NCBI GenBank assembly: GCA_001819435.1
Contig: MHMT01000006.1
Location: 1 to 25,438, forward strand
Direction: 5' to 3'
Origin: Candidatus Portnoybacteria bacterium RBG_13_40_8
GTDB taxonomy: Bacteria; Patescibacteriota; Minisyncoccia; RBG-13-40-8-A
DNA length: 25,438 nt
Shown: one piece after another, positions 25,057 through 25,438 of the stretch
Position numbering within the stretch: position 1 is the first letter of the stretch
Layout of the letters: every line of letters starts with the position of its first letter
Made by a program: the position numbers and the translations under genes
Notes under the pieces: generated by a model
What the model was told of the DNA's origin: nothing
The model's input: the letters and a program-made list of their open reading frames with translations, nothing else
Databases searched by the model: none

Positions 25057-25438
25057 TACGGGCGAAGTTTACAAAATCATAGATAATTTGGCCGCATATG
25101 GCGTGAAAGGAATTGGAATTACGGGCGGAGAACCGTTATTAAGAAAAGATATCATAAAAATATTAAAATATATTTGGGAGAAAGGCATTAAAATTTGTTT
25201 GGCGACTAATACAGATTTTTATTCTAAATATCAGAAGCCCATTAATAAATACGTTAGTGCGATAGGTATCTCCATAGAAGGTTCGGCAAAAGAAATTCAT
25301 GACTCCATAAGAGGAAAGGGCAATTTTCAAAATGTTATAAATGCAATAGATAAAACATACAAAAAGAGTAAAATACAGATGTATTTCTCAACCGTTCTGA
25401 CAAAAAACAATCTTAAAGACTTGGTTAATATAGAATAT
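24959..25438 (+). CDS. Radical SAM protein (N-terminal 160 aa; continues beyond the window)
   Basis: CX3CX2C cluster in VCWRITSKCDRNCPFCF. GGEPLL SAM-binding motif in IGITGGEPLLRKD. Start is at ATG 24959, with an in-frame stop at 24926. Confidence 0.8.
   Translation, partial: MQKNYPEIVCWRITSKCDRNCPFCFRPNRQDLNTGEVYKIIDNLAAYGVKGIGITGGEPLLRKDIIKILKYIWEKGIKICLATNTDFYSKYQKPINKYVSAIGISIEGSAKEIHDSIRGKGNFQNVINAIDKTYKKSKIQMYFSTVLTKNNLKDLVNIEY

Overview
This window looks like a compact, AT-rich bacterial chromosome segment, roughly one-third GC by eye. Genes are tightly packed and often overlap by 4 nt. TGA is used as a stop and an RF2 gene with a UGA-based programmed frameshift is present, so standard code 11 applies. 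Gene content and architecture fit a reduced-genome lineage such as CPR/Patescibacteria, but that is inference.

On the + strand the window runs: the tail of the ribosomal-protein operon (secY-adk-map); a GT2 / GalT-like / DedA membrane-glycosylation trio; tpiA-pgk-recJ-rnhA; an antisense RNase P RNA (rnpB) that the ORF track misses; a polyprenyl-phosphate sugar transferase; three GT4 glycosyltransferase paralogs, the third frameshifted.

On the - strand there is a tRNA-Glu -> tsaD -> valS -> PrsW-like protease -> Hsp20 operon. Back on the + strand: tRNA-Gly and tRNA-Thr, prfB-ftsE-ftsX, then tRNA-Gln.

Four things stand out.

(1) A ~2.5 kb strongly GC-rich island sits directly after tRNA-Gln. 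It encodes a single flotillin/SPFH-like membrane protein and is framed by host-like promoter and terminator signals, with degenerate copies of the tRNA 3' end nearby.

(2) Three in-frame arrays of 7-nt simple-sequence repeats lie inside the essential tsaD gene.

(3) A truncated radical-SAM gene at the window end could be joined to upstream ORF segments by +/-1 changes in poly(A) tracts.

(4) A 137-nt intergenic element bounded by 20-bp inverted repeats sits in front of the GT4 cluster.

No CRISPR array, integrase or transposase was seen.
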